The notes under the pieces were generated by a model. The model saw only the letters and a list, made by a program, of their open reading frames with translations, was not told where the DNA came from and searched no databases. From Cyanobacteriota bacterium (GTDB taxonomy: Bacteria; Cyanobacteriota; Cyanobacteriia; Thermostichales; Thermostichaceae), in NCBI GenBank assembly GCA_033764955.1, contig JANRIL010000001.1:32653-96652 (forward strand): 64,000 bases of DNA, read 5' to 3'. The position numbers and the translations under genes were made by a program. Of the stretch, positions 1 to 8,256 are shown piece after piece (the stretch's first letter is position 1; each line of letters begins with the position of its first letter).

Positions 1-1464
1 CAAGAGGAGATGAGAACCCACCAAGAAGGAGAACCGTTTCCAACAAAACCTGTCCGCAAACGCTACATCATCAATCAGGGATCCTATGAGGGCAAGATTC
101 GGGTTCACTCGGAGAACCGCCGGGGACTACTCGACTACACCGATGAGTTGGCTGGGCGCTTTGCCCGTATGAATCAGTATCGGCATGGGTATGGGGATGA
201 TGCCTTCAATGATCTGAGTGAGTTTAATGGTGGGCCACTGAGTCGGGACAAAGTTGGGGGGAGTGATTATTTGCCTCGGACTGCCATCAGTTCCACCGGA
301 TCCATTCAGTGGGAGACTTTGCGCCAACTTCAGGAACAGGCGGGATCCGATGATCATGCCGGAGTCTGGGCGAGGTGGTTGTTTTGTGCGGTGCCATTGC
401 CGCCTGCACTGATCAACCTGGATGACTCCCAACCGGATCCGCTCTCTCCACTTCTCAAGTCCCTCTACATTCAGTTAGACGAACTCCCCGACCAAGACTT
501 TTTCCTCAGTGATGCTGCTAAACAACGATTCCAAACTTGGCAACATTCCCTTGTCCATCGCACTCAGGCAGAGATTCATCCGGCTCTGAAAGCGGCCTAT
601 CCCAAACTCGAAAGCTATGGGGCACGATTGGCTCTGCTCTTGCATTGTGTCTGGGCAGTTGTAGAGGCCAAGAAACCGGATCCGGTCATCTCCGGCGAAA
701 CGATGCAACGGGCTATCGAACTCACCAACTGGTTTGCGGGGCAGATGCGCCTGGTGCTGGCTCACAATAGTCCCCTCAAACAGACGGAAGGGGAGCTACT
801 CAAGATCCTGAATGTGCTCAAGCGTAGAGGATCTGTGACAGCTCGTGAGATCCGCAACTATTGCTGGACGCTCCGAACTAAACCCTTGCCGGAGATCCGG
901 CAGATGATGGTACGCCTTGCCCACTCTGGGTTTGCCACTCTCACCGGAGAGGGAGAACGGATCCGGCTGTGTGTAGAGAGTGTAGCGGCTGTAGTAGAGG
1001 AGCCTCTACATGCTGAAACGCTTTCCCAGTCAGAAATACAGCAATTCGTAGCGACTGTAGAGGGAGAAGGGGGGGTAGAGAAAAATGGGAACTATTCTGT
1101 TCTGGATCCACCTGATTTCTCTACGCAAGGGGGGGATCCCCTCTACACCCCTACAGCAATGTCTGAAATCCAGATAGAGCAAGAGGTTGAGCCAGTAGAG
1201 ACTGACCTCTCCACTCCACTACATCCCTCTACAAGTTTGTGCTGCTCACCGCCTCAGCGGTTACCGCTCCTGCAAGTAGGAGACATTTGCCGTTATGTCG
1301 GATCACATGGCGTTCTGGGGGTGACTTGCCGGGGAAGGGATCTCAAGGTGCTTGAGGTGAAAGGATCCGTGGCGACGGTCAACGCTCTCAAGGATTTCTT
1401 TCACCACCATGAGTGGATCCATCCCTATGACATTGAGATCCAATATCTGAGAAAGAGATCTTGA
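1..1464 (+). CDS. DUF3987/YfjI-like replication (primase/helicase-associated) protein of an integrative element; 5'-truncated by the window
   Basis: Frame is open from base 1. DUF3987-type motifs 'GLLDYTDELAG', 'STGSIQ', 'GVWARWLF', 'YGARLALLLH'. Followed by a winged-HTH-like segment; adjacent to an integrase. Confidence 0.75.
   Translation, partial: QEEMRTHQEGEPFPTKPVRKRYIINQGSYEGKIRVHSENRRGLLDYTDELAGRFARMNQYRHGYGDDAFNDLSEFNGGPLSRDKVGGSDYLPRTAISSTGSIQWETLRQLQEQAGSDDHAGVWARWLFCAVPLPPALINLDDSQPDPLSPLLKSLYIQLDELPDQDFFLSDAAKQRFQTWQHSLVHRTQAEIHPALKAAYPKLESYGARLALLLHCVWAVVEAKKPDPVISGETMQRAIELTNWFAGQMRLVLAHNSPLKQTEGELLKILNVLKRRGSVTAREIRNYCWTLRTKPLPEIRQMMVRLAHSGFATLTGEGERIRLCVESVAAVVEEPLHAETLSQSEIQQFVATVEGEGGVEKNGNYSVLDPPDFSTQGGDPLYTPTAMSEIQIEQEVEPVETDLSTPLHPSTSLCCSPPQRLPLLQVGDICRYVGSHGVLGVTCRGRDLKVLEVKGSVATVNALKDFFHHHEWIHPYDIEIQYLRKRS
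973..1232. repeat. Array of short GTAGAG/CTCTAC-type repeats in both orientations (iteron-like) inside the replication gene
   Basis: GTAG(A/C)G at 973, 982, 994, 1048, 1057, 1075, 1195. C(T/C/A)CTAC at 1004, 1119, 1141, 1149, 1217, 1227. GTAGCG(G/A)CTGTAG at 982 and 1048. Confidence 0.7.
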
Positions 1465-1496
1465 GATCCATGAGTTCTTCACCAAGAGATAAAATT

Positions 1497-1820
1497 ATGG
1501 TTGATAAAACTCTCAGAGAACAAAGTCAGCAATATGTCAAATTTGCTCTGCCAGAATTAGTTCTGAAAGAGTTGTTTGTTGAGCCTCTGATTATTCAAGA
1601 AAGGCTAGGTTTGTCAATCAGAACCTTACAGATCTTGAGAAGGGAAGGCTCCCTAATTCAAGGGATCCATTTTTCCGAAATCAACACTAGATTAATTGTC
1701 TATAATCTACCCTTAATGATCGATTGGGTTGCTAACCGTCATGATCCAGACGCTCACATCAAAGCTATCGAAAACTTTCAGGCTAGCTTACTGAGTAATC
1801 GAAGCAGAAGACGTGGCTAA
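1497..1820 (+). CDS. Excisionase-like HTH DNA-binding protein (alternative starts 1461/1470)
   Basis: Small basic protein with the HTH-like segment 'ERLGLSIRTLQILRREG..GIHF', convergent on an integrase. Confidence 0.6.
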   Translation: MVDKTLREQSQQYVKFALPELVLKELFVEPLIIQERLGLSIRTLQILRREGSLIQGIHFSEINTRLIVYNLPLMIDWVANRHDPDAHIKAIENFQASLLSNRSRRRG

Positions 1821-3022
1821 TGTGATGCAGTAGGAACCATTACAGGCACTTCAACTTGATTGATAATCCCTAAATAATGCTGAGAAATGATCCATTCTGA
1901 GTTCCCTACCCACTTAGCAACGTGTTTAGTCGGGATCCCAGCTTCAATACACTGGGTGATAAAAGTATGGCGCGTCTGATAGGGTTTCCGATACTCAATA
2001 CCACACTGGGAAAGGATTTTCTTCCAAGCTCCAAAACAAAAGTGATACCAATTAATATACTGACCCCCTCTGGGAGCGGGAAAAATCAAATCTGTTGGAC
2101 TGGCATTCTCTGGTTTGATGGATTTTAATAAAGCCTGCAAATTCAAGTTGCAGGGAAAGCGGCGCTTCTCTTGTGTTTTTAGGCCATCTTTCATTACAGG
2201 ACGATAGGATCCATCCATTACTACTGCCTGCTCAAATAAAATCTCGTTCCCTAACCAGTGTCGCCACTCCAATGCAATTGCTTCACCTGGTCGGCATCCT
2301 GTAGCAAAAAGTAGTTGGACTAAAGGTGTATAAACTTTGTAATAGGTTGATTTAGAAAATGCTCGAATAATCTTAGATTGCTCCTGGGGAGTGAATGGCC
2401 TAATATCCATTTCATCATCTTCGGTTCTTTTCTTCGTCTTAATTTTGATTTCAGAAGCCATTCCCTGGAATGGATTGGACTCAATGAGTCGTGCTTTAAC
2501 AGCCCACTTGCAGCAGGCTGACAATTGAACCATGATCCGCTTAGCACCATAAGCCGTCAAATGACCTGTGAGGTAAAGGTGAATGAGTTCAGCATCCTCA
2601 AGCTTTTGAGTGGGGAATTTAGCTATATGACGCCGAACATGGTTATGGACGGTTCTCACAGTGCCAGGGGTAACATTGGGGAGTCGATAGACAGTGTAAC
2701 GATCCCAGAGGTCTCCAATCAAAGACTGGGATGGTGTGGACGAATCCTTCAACGGATCCTTGGACTGACTCAGTTTACCTGTCGTTGCTGACTGGGGTTT
2801 GTACTTCGCTAAGGTGGGATCCACTTCCCCGTAAGCAATGTCTCGCTCAATCTGGGCTGCCCGCATTTCAGCCGCCTTGCGGTTAGCTTTACTATCCGGC
2901 AGCCCTAACGAAAGATAGTACCGTCGCCCCAAGTAGCTAAAGACCAACTGAAGGCGCTGGTTACTCACCTTAATTTGGACGGATCCAGCACTGGCCTTCC
3001 GAGGCTGATTGGCTGACTGCAT
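1817..3022 (-). CDS. Tyrosine recombinase/integrase with N-terminal arm-binding (DUF3596-like) domain
   Basis: 'TGCRPGEAIAL' (Arg box I), 'KPYQTRHTF', 'WVGNS..IISQHY' (catalytic Tyr). N-terminal 'LQLVFSYLGRRYYLSLGLPD' arm domain. Confidence 0.93.
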   Translation of the reverse strand: MQSANQPRKASAGSVQIKVSNQRLQLVFSYLGRRYYLSLGLPDSKANRKAAEMRAAQIERDIAYGEVDPTLAKYKPQSATTGKLSQSKDPLKDSSTPSQSLIGDLWDRYTVYRLPNVTPGTVRTVHNHVRRHIAKFPTQKLEDAELIHLYLTGHLTAYGAKRIMVQLSACCKWAVKARLIESNPFQGMASEIKIKTKKRTEDDEMDIRPFTPQEQSKIIRAFSKSTYYKVYTPLVQLLFATGCRPGEAIALEWRHWLGNEILFEQAVVMDGSYRPVMKDGLKTQEKRRFPCNLNLQALLKSIKPENASPTDLIFPAPRGGQYINWYHFCFGAWKKILSQCGIEYRKPYQTRHTFITQCIEAGIPTKHVAKWVGNSEWIISQHYLGIINQVEVPVMVPTASH

Positions 3023-3030
3023 AAGAATAA

Positions 3031-3064
3031 GGGGTAAGACTGCTTACCCCAATCTTACCCCAAT
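3031..3064. promoter_or_regulatory. Putative integrase arm-type binding sites
   Basis: CTTACCCCAAT tandem at 3043-3053 and 3054-3064, plus inverted GGGGTAAG at 3031-3038, between int and the tRNA. Confidence 0.55.
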
Positions 3065-3158
3065 TAATGGCCTGAAGTCGTTGGAACTAGGCAGAACTCG
3101 TCGGGTAGGGATCCCTCAACATCTTGCCAGAAGGCTTGTCCAGAGCCAGTTTTGTTGA

Positions 3159-3231
3159 TGGGGCGTACAGGACTTGAACCTGTGTAGGGCAAATTATGAG
3201 TTTGCTGCCTGAACCGCTCGGCCAACGCCCC
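3159..3231 (-). tRNA. trnI: tRNA-Ile2 (anticodon CAT, lysidine type); CCA not encoded
   Basis: Minus strand GGGGCGTTGGCCGAGCGGTTCAGGCAGCAAACTCATAATTTGCCCTACACAGGTTCAAGTCCTGTACGCCCCA folds as a cloverleaf. D-arm and anticodon arm resemble cyanobacterial trnI-CAU more than Met tRNAs. Confidence 0.9.
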
Positions 3232-3295
3232 CTAAGAGTAGAAAATGGAAAACTTAGGCTATTCTAGCCTGCGGGATCCCTTCTCAAAAAGTTAG

Positions 3296-4807
3296 CTAAG
3301 GGAGAAAGGTCTCTAGCAGGTAACGATTTTTTTGAAATTCATTGAGCAAAAGCTCCACCTCAATCTGCCATAAGCCGGACTGAGCCATCTCTCCTCCGTG
3401 CCAGAAAAAGGAGTTTTTTGGGGATTGCTGCATAGGACGACGAATCGGATCAATATCTTGTTCGGGCAGGGAAAAGACTAAAGTGGCGGTCAGGGGATCC
3501 CGATCGGTCTGGGTTTTCAAAATTAGGGTATTTTCTCCGGCACGACAGGGAATGATGCAGAGAGTAATGGCTTGACCCGTGCTGTCCGTAGCCGTAAGTT
3601 GGCACTGGTTTTGTTCAGGCGGGTGGGTCTGGGCGAATCCAGAGGGATCCTGTTCCACCAGAGCCGTCGTGACCAGCAGGAGCAGCGCCAGTCCGAGGAT
3701 CTCGACGGTGACCATACGGCGGAGGCGGGGTAAGACTAGCAGGGATCCCTGAGCTAGGGTAGGCAGGAGGCGAAATTTATTGTGGGCAGCCAAACCCAGC
3801 AGCAGCAGCACGATCAGCAGTTTGAACAAGACAAGTTGAGTATAGAGATTGCGGATCTGCCAAGGCCACCCCAGATGGATCAACCCCAACCCCAATCCAG
3901 CCAGTGTTAACAGAGGCACAATCAGAGTAGCTCGCCTGGAAAAGTGCTGAATGGCTTGCCGATCCGCTTTTCCCAAAGCAATTCGCAGCAATCCCCCTCC
4001 CCAAAAAGCAATACCAGCTAGGTGCAGAAACAAGATCCCCATCGCCGGGATCCCCTGTCTAGCTGAATGCCCTACCCCACAAAAGGAGAGCAGTACTAAG
4101 CCTTGCCCCCAGCCTCGCGTAGGCACAGCCAACAAACCCAGCATCCCCAGCATCCGCACACCAGCGCTGATCCCATAGGCGGAGGTGAACAGGGATCCCC
4201 AACCCGTGCCAGACCCCTCCCCATACAACTGCATAAATTGGGTCAGTAGCCCCGCCCCGCTAGCCGCCATCGTTACCCCAATGCACCAGAGCAAGCCACG
4301 GCGAGACCAGCCCGCTATCCCCACACTCAGTAGGGATCCCCCGTACAGGAGTGCCCGCCCACCCGCCCCCCCCCAGCGCCATGGATCCCAGGCATCAGGA
4401 TGAGGGATATCCCCCGCTTGAGCTACCCCCACCGAAAAGACGAACCCTCCCCGCACCGGATGACCATCCGCCGAGATGGCTCGCCAACTCACTGTGTAAA
4501 GCCCCCTCGGCAAGTCGGTCTGAAGGGACACTGTTGCCTGCTCACCAGCCACCACAGGGGATCCCTGAACCACCGTTTCACCAGCCGCATTCAGCACCCG
4601 CAATTGGGTTACCTCAACCGTTTCGTTGAAGTGCAAGACCACTTCGGGGGGAGAATTGACCAAGACCTCTTGATCCGCAGGCTGAGTGTGCCGCAAAGCC
4701 GCATGAGCTAGGGCAGGATCCCCAGATAAGCCAAGAACCAGACACAACCCCAGCAACAAAAAAACAACCAATCGATAGCAATGATTCATAGACACTTGCC
4801 CAACCAC
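3296..4807 (-). CDS. CopC-CopD fusion (YcnJ-like) copper uptake/resistance protein with C-terminal YtkA-like domain
   Basis: Signal peptide ending ALA-HA (N-terminal His), 'SWRAISADGH' CopC motif, CopD transmembrane helices ('HLAGIAFWGGGL'), C-terminal 'GLWQIEV'. Confidence 0.88.
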   Translation of the reverse strand: MVGQVSMNHCYRLVVFLLLGLCLVLGLSGDPALAHAALRHTQPADQEVLVNSPPEVVLHFNETVEVTQLRVLNAAGETVVQGSPVVAGEQATVSLQTDLPRGLYTVSWRAISADGHPVRGGFVFSVGVAQAGDIPHPDAWDPWRWGGAGGRALLYGGSLLSVGIAGWSRRGLLWCIGVTMAASGAGLLTQFMQLYGEGSGTGWGSLFTSAYGISAGVRMLGMLGLLAVPTRGWGQGLVLLSFCGVGHSARQGIPAMGILFLHLAGIAFWGGGLLRIALGKADRQAIQHFSRRATLIVPLLTLAGLGLGLIHLGWPWQIRNLYTQLVLFKLLIVLLLLGLAAHNKFRLLPTLAQGSLLVLPRLRRMVTVEILGLALLLLVTTALVEQDPSGFAQTHPPEQNQCQLTATDSTGQAITLCIIPCRAGENTLILKTQTDRDPLTATLVFSLPEQDIDPIRRPMQQSPKNSFFWHGGEMAQSGLWQIEVELLLNEFQKNRYLLETFLP

Positions 4808-4808
4808 C

Positions 4809-5348
4809 CTAATGGCTAGCGGTTTCCCGCACCAACTTCAACAGAGGGGCAGGCTCTGCCAACTCCTCAGGATCCTCTCCAGGGGCAGCCACTTCAATCC
4901 AGCGATGAACCCCTTGTTCACATTCCTGCACCACCGGAATGGGCACCACTTGATCCGGTAGATCCGGCAATTTAAGACTGAGGCTAAATTCATCCATAAA
5001 CTCGTCGAGCAAAGGTCCCCCCGTCCACACCACCTCCGCCACAGTTTCGGTAATGGGTTTCCCGTGGGATTCGATCGGAGTGTCTAACTTGACCTTAACC
5101 GTGCTGATCTCCCAGCCGGGATGCACCATCGGTTTGACCGAGAGAGAACCCTTAGGCAGTTGCACCCGCACTTTAGTGGTAGGGGATCCCTCACAACCAT
5201 GAGGCACACGGAAGGTGAGCTTGGCATAACCGTTAGCAGGAGCCTCTTTAGGCCAAACCGTAACATGGGCTAATGATGGGGGAGTTATCCCGACGACAAG
5301 ACTAGAGGTTAGCACCGAAAAACAGATCGTTCGCAATCGTGTAATCAT
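4809..5348 (-). CDS. YcnI-family (DUF1775) copper-binding protein
   Basis: 'AHVTV', 'FRVPHGCEGSPT', 'VVWTGG', 'QECEQG..RWIE', 'PAPLL'. Confidence 0.9.
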   Translation of the reverse strand: MITRLRTICFSVLTSSLVVGITPPSLAHVTVWPKEAPANGYAKLTFRVPHGCEGSPTTKVRVQLPKGSLSVKPMVHPGWEISTVKVKLDTPIESHGKPITETVAEVVWTGGPLLDEFMDEFSLSLKLPDLPDQVVPIPVVQECEQGVHRWIEVAAPGEDPEELAEPAPLLKLVRETASH

Positions 5349-5494
5349 TTTTATGTGGGTAGAGAGTTAACAATTCAAACCATTAAGCTAATCCAAAATA
5401 GCCAATCCAAAACTAGCCAAGTGCTAGCTACTTCCGTCCATGGAAAGTTATTTTCACCCAGGATGGAATCAAAGTCTCACGCTGAGAGGAGCAA

Positions 5495-5514
5495 GTCAAA
5501 AGACGGACTGTCAA
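5495..5514. promoter_or_regulatory. Operator-like motif GTCAAAAGAC-N5-GTCAA upstream of ycnI (PetR-type GAC-N5-GTC core)
   Basis: GTCAAAAGACGGACTGTCAA; same 15 fixed bases as at 7080-7099. Confidence 0.65.
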
Positions 5515-5556
5515 ACATCAACATGGCCAACCATTGGACAACCTCACCATCTCTAC

Positions 5557-6426
5557 CTAACCCACCGCCACAGACGGGAAACTCTGGATACTTTTTTCTA
5601 CTGCCAGATACCAATTTTGTTCAGCTTCCTGGAGGTGAGGATCCAGTTGCAACGCCCATTTGAATTGCTCAATCGCTGCATTCATCTGTCCTGTTTGAGC
5701 CAAACTTACCCCTAACCCATTGTGAGCCGCTGCCCAATCTGGTTTGAGTTGAATGGCTAGGGAGAAAGAATCCACAGATTTGATGGGATCCATCCGTCGT
5801 TCAACCATACCCATCACATAATAAATTCTTGCATCCCTTGGGTTCAGATCCATCGCTATCTTCAATTGCTCTTGAGCCGCATGATGCTGATCTTCTTGAT
5901 ATAGAGCCTCTCCCAAAGCAATATGAGATTCTATCAGGGCTGGATCCAAATCAACAGCCATTTGCAATTGCTCAATTGCCAGAAAAAGATCTCCTTTAGC
6001 AAGTAAGACATTAGCAAGATTGTGGTGAGTCTGAGCAAGATTAATTATACTTTCTCCCCTCCGATCGCCATTTAATAAATTTAATGATAGCTCTAATTCA
6101 AACTCATGAAGAGCTTCTTCGAGATATCCAGTTTGAGCCAGTATACTACCCAGATTATTATGGGCATTAGGGTGAGAAGGATTACTCTGGAGAGCTAAGC
6201 GAAACTTTTGAGCCGCTTGATCCCATTGCTGCTGCTGATAAAGGTGAAGCCCTTCCTCAAAGTAAATTCCTGATTGATAAAGTGGATCCTGAATTGCATG
6301 GGCGATCAAGGGCAAGACTAATAGATTTAACATAACCCCTAAGCCAATCAAAAGCAGGGTGGCAGCTAGGATATAAATAGTTTTCCATAATTGATGAGCC
6401 CAAGAAAAAGGTTCCTGCTCAGACAT
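5557..6426 (-). CDS. Membrane-anchored tetratricopeptide-repeat protein
   Basis: N-terminal transmembrane helix; repeated 'AHNNLG/AHNGLG...A..L.P' TPR units. Confidence 0.85.
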   Translation of the reverse strand: MSEQEPFSWAHQLWKTIYILAATLLLIGLGVMLNLLVLPLIAHAIQDPLYQSGIYFEEGLHLYQQQQWDQAAQKFRLALQSNPSHPNAHNNLGSILAQTGYLEEALHEFELELSLNLLNGDRRGESIINLAQTHHNLANVLLAKGDLFLAIEQLQMAVDLDPALIESHIALGEALYQEDQHHAAQEQLKIAMDLNPRDARIYYVMGMVERRMDPIKSVDSFSLAIQLKPDWAAAHNGLGVSLAQTGQMNAAIEQFKWALQLDPHLQEAEQNWYLAVEKSIQSFPSVAVG

Positions 6427-6490
6427 GAATTTATCCCCAATTGGTTCGCCGACTGAATTGAATAACTAACTACTAATCACTACCCATCAT

Positions 6491-6907
6491 TTAGTCATCT
6501 GCACAGGCTAACAAAACTGAATTTTCCCTAAGATTAGCTAAGTTCTTTCCCCAGTTCCTTTGAGCTTGGTCTAACACATAGGCAGCTACCGAATCAATCT
6601 CTTCCGGCTTGAGTCGTTTACCAAAAGCAGGCATTCCTCCCTTGCCATAAGTTACTTGCTTAATTACTGCTTCCTGTGAATCCATGCTATATTTTTGCAG
6701 GGTTTGAAGATAGAGATTTTTGTCAGGCATAACAGAATTTTTACCCCCCATGTGGCAGCCAATGCAGTTAGCCTTAAATATCTTGGCTCCCTGCGTTAAG
6801 TCAGCTTCGGCAAAAGCAGGGAATGTAAGGATCCCACACATGAACATGGAAAGTAATAACAAACCTATGGCACGAATCCACTTTCTTATCTGCATATTCA
6901 GCATCAT
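6491..6907 (-). CDS. petJ: Cytochrome c6
   Basis: Signal peptide AFA, CIGCH heme motif, 'KQVTYGKGGMPAFGKRL' with the axial Met and the c6-type Gln. RBS before the ATG at 6907. Confidence 0.88.
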   Translation of the reverse strand: MMLNMQIRKWIRAIGLLLLSMFMCGILTFPAFAEADLTQGAKIFKANCIGCHMGGKNSVMPDKNLYLQTLQKYSMDSQEAVIKQVTYGKGGMPAFGKRLKPEEIDSVAAYVLDQAQRNWGKNLANLRENSVLLACADD

Positions 6908-7079
6908 CCTTTCTCTCCAAAGCAAGACATTTCCCAAAACACCTAAACAACTATTGTCGAGCTATTTTGAGCATCACGAACTAACACAAACAATCTGTGC
7001 AAAACTCAGATAAAAATTTGACTAGATTTGAGCAGTACTTTATTCCTTGCCACTATTTTGCTCCAGCTTGTCTGCCGGT

Positions 7080-7099
7080 GTCAAAAGACAGCTTGTCAA
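7080..7099. promoter_or_regulatory. Operator-like motif GTCAAAAGAC-N5-GTCAA upstream of petJ, overlapping TTGACA hexamers on the minus strand
   Basis: GTCAAAAGACAGCTTGTCAA; partial repeat CAGCTTGTC at 7064-7072. Confidence 0.65.
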
Positions 7100-7174
7100 T
7101 GTTAACGTTGCTATTTTTCATAGCCCATTCCTCCGGTGTGCCGGGATCCCATCTATACATTTGAACTCAGAAGC

Positions 7175-7600
7175 CTAGTAATCACGTCCATTCTGTAAGG
7201 TAAAAGTTGTAACTTTACCTTCCTCAGGATCCACAATCCAATGTTCAGGGATCCCTAGTTTTTCATATTCCCTAGTCTTGATTTCATAGTCTCGTTCTCG
7301 ATTCTCCTCACCAGGGCTGACGACCTCCACCACCAAGAGCGGCGGACGTTCCACAATGTTCGCTAATTTAGGGTTTTGCTGGCGAAGTGCCTCCCAGTCT
7401 TCAGCATGAATAATCCAGAAATCTGGTTCTCATGAGGTTCGGATCCCCCTCTTGCGACTCCCAAAATAGGGATCCCATTCCGCGCATCCAAATGTTATTC
7501 CAAGTCAACGGAAATGCTCAGGTACTCGATTCGGTTACGAATTTACTATCTCAGGTTTCGGGATATCCCTCTCCTCCCCTGATTCATACTGCTACTCAGC
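7175..7600 (-). pseudogene. Uma2-family endonuclease pseudogene
   Basis: Minus-strand translation 'GIRTS*EPDFWII...PPLLVVEVVSPGEENRERDYEIKTREYEKLGIPEHWIVDPEEG...'. In-frame TGA in place of the Arg of the R-x-PD motif; degraded 5' part (boundary approximate). Confidence 0.85.
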
Positions 7601-7850
7601 AACGCCTCATTGAGATGACCTGAGGCACCTCTACACATAGCCAACCGATCACCAGTATCAATGCCCTACTCTGGTTCAAGCTCAGGGGCACAGGCTTTTC
7701 GGCTTATACTACCGATCTCAGGCTCTACATCCCAGCTTTGGAACAGGAGGAATTATAGTCATTCCGATTTAATTTGAGAATCGCAAAGCCCCTCACAGCT
7801 TGGCTAGAAGGACTTAGGTAGTCGGATTCTTATGATGATATGCGGAGATA

Positions 7851-8243
7851 TTACAGGGATCCCTGAGATGGCCTGGTTTCAGGGTAGCCCGCCTCTCGCC
7901 AGCCCCGCATACCTCCATCCATAGAAATGACGCGGGTATAGCCCATCTTTTGCAGATTATCCGCCGCTAGGGCAGAACGAAAGCCGCCCCCACAATAGAG
8001 AATAATCTCAGCGTTGGGATCCGGAATGTGGCTTTCGATATCCCGCTCTAGGATCCCCTTGCCCAGATGAATGGCCCCCTCAGCATGTCCAGCCAGCCAT
8101 TCGGATTCTTCCCGCACATCAATGAAATGAAAGGGATCCCCTTGTTGCTGTTTCTCTCTGACTTGATCCACGCTCATTTCCACAATGCGAGTTTTCGCTG
8201 CTTCGACCAGGGCAAGGAACTTCGGAGCATGATGAGGAGCCAT
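7851..8243 (-). CDS. Single-domain rhodanese/sulfurtransferase
   Basis: 'IDVRE..EW..GH..GA', 'YCGGGFRS', 'MDGGMRGW'. Confidence 0.92.
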   Translation of the reverse strand: MAPHHAPKFLALVEAAKTRIVEMSVDQVREKQQQGDPFHFIDVREESEWLAGHAEGAIHLGKGILERDIESHIPDPNAEIILYCGGGFRSALAADNLQKMGYTRVISMDGGMRGWREAGYPETRPSQGSL

Positions 8244-8256
8244 CTGCGGATCCCCC

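Larger units (their letters stand above)
1..3159. mobile_element. Right end of a tRNA-integrated genomic island / integrative element (extends left beyond the window)
   Basis: rep-xis-int module abutting the 3' end of a tRNA gene. Confidence 0.8.

Noticed and set aside
3159..3231. tRNA-Met (elongator or initiator)
   Set aside because: It has a paired 1:72 position, lacks the three G-C pairs of the initiator anticodon stem, and its body resembles cyanobacterial Ile2(CAT). A tRNAscan-SE isotype score would settle it.
3296..7099. Copper cluster as cargo of the integrative element
   Set aside because: It lies on the 5' side of the tRNA, outside the att-bounded region.
7600..7850. Possible IS200/IS605 end or sRNA
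   Set aside because: No convincing hairpin or transposase remnant could be read.
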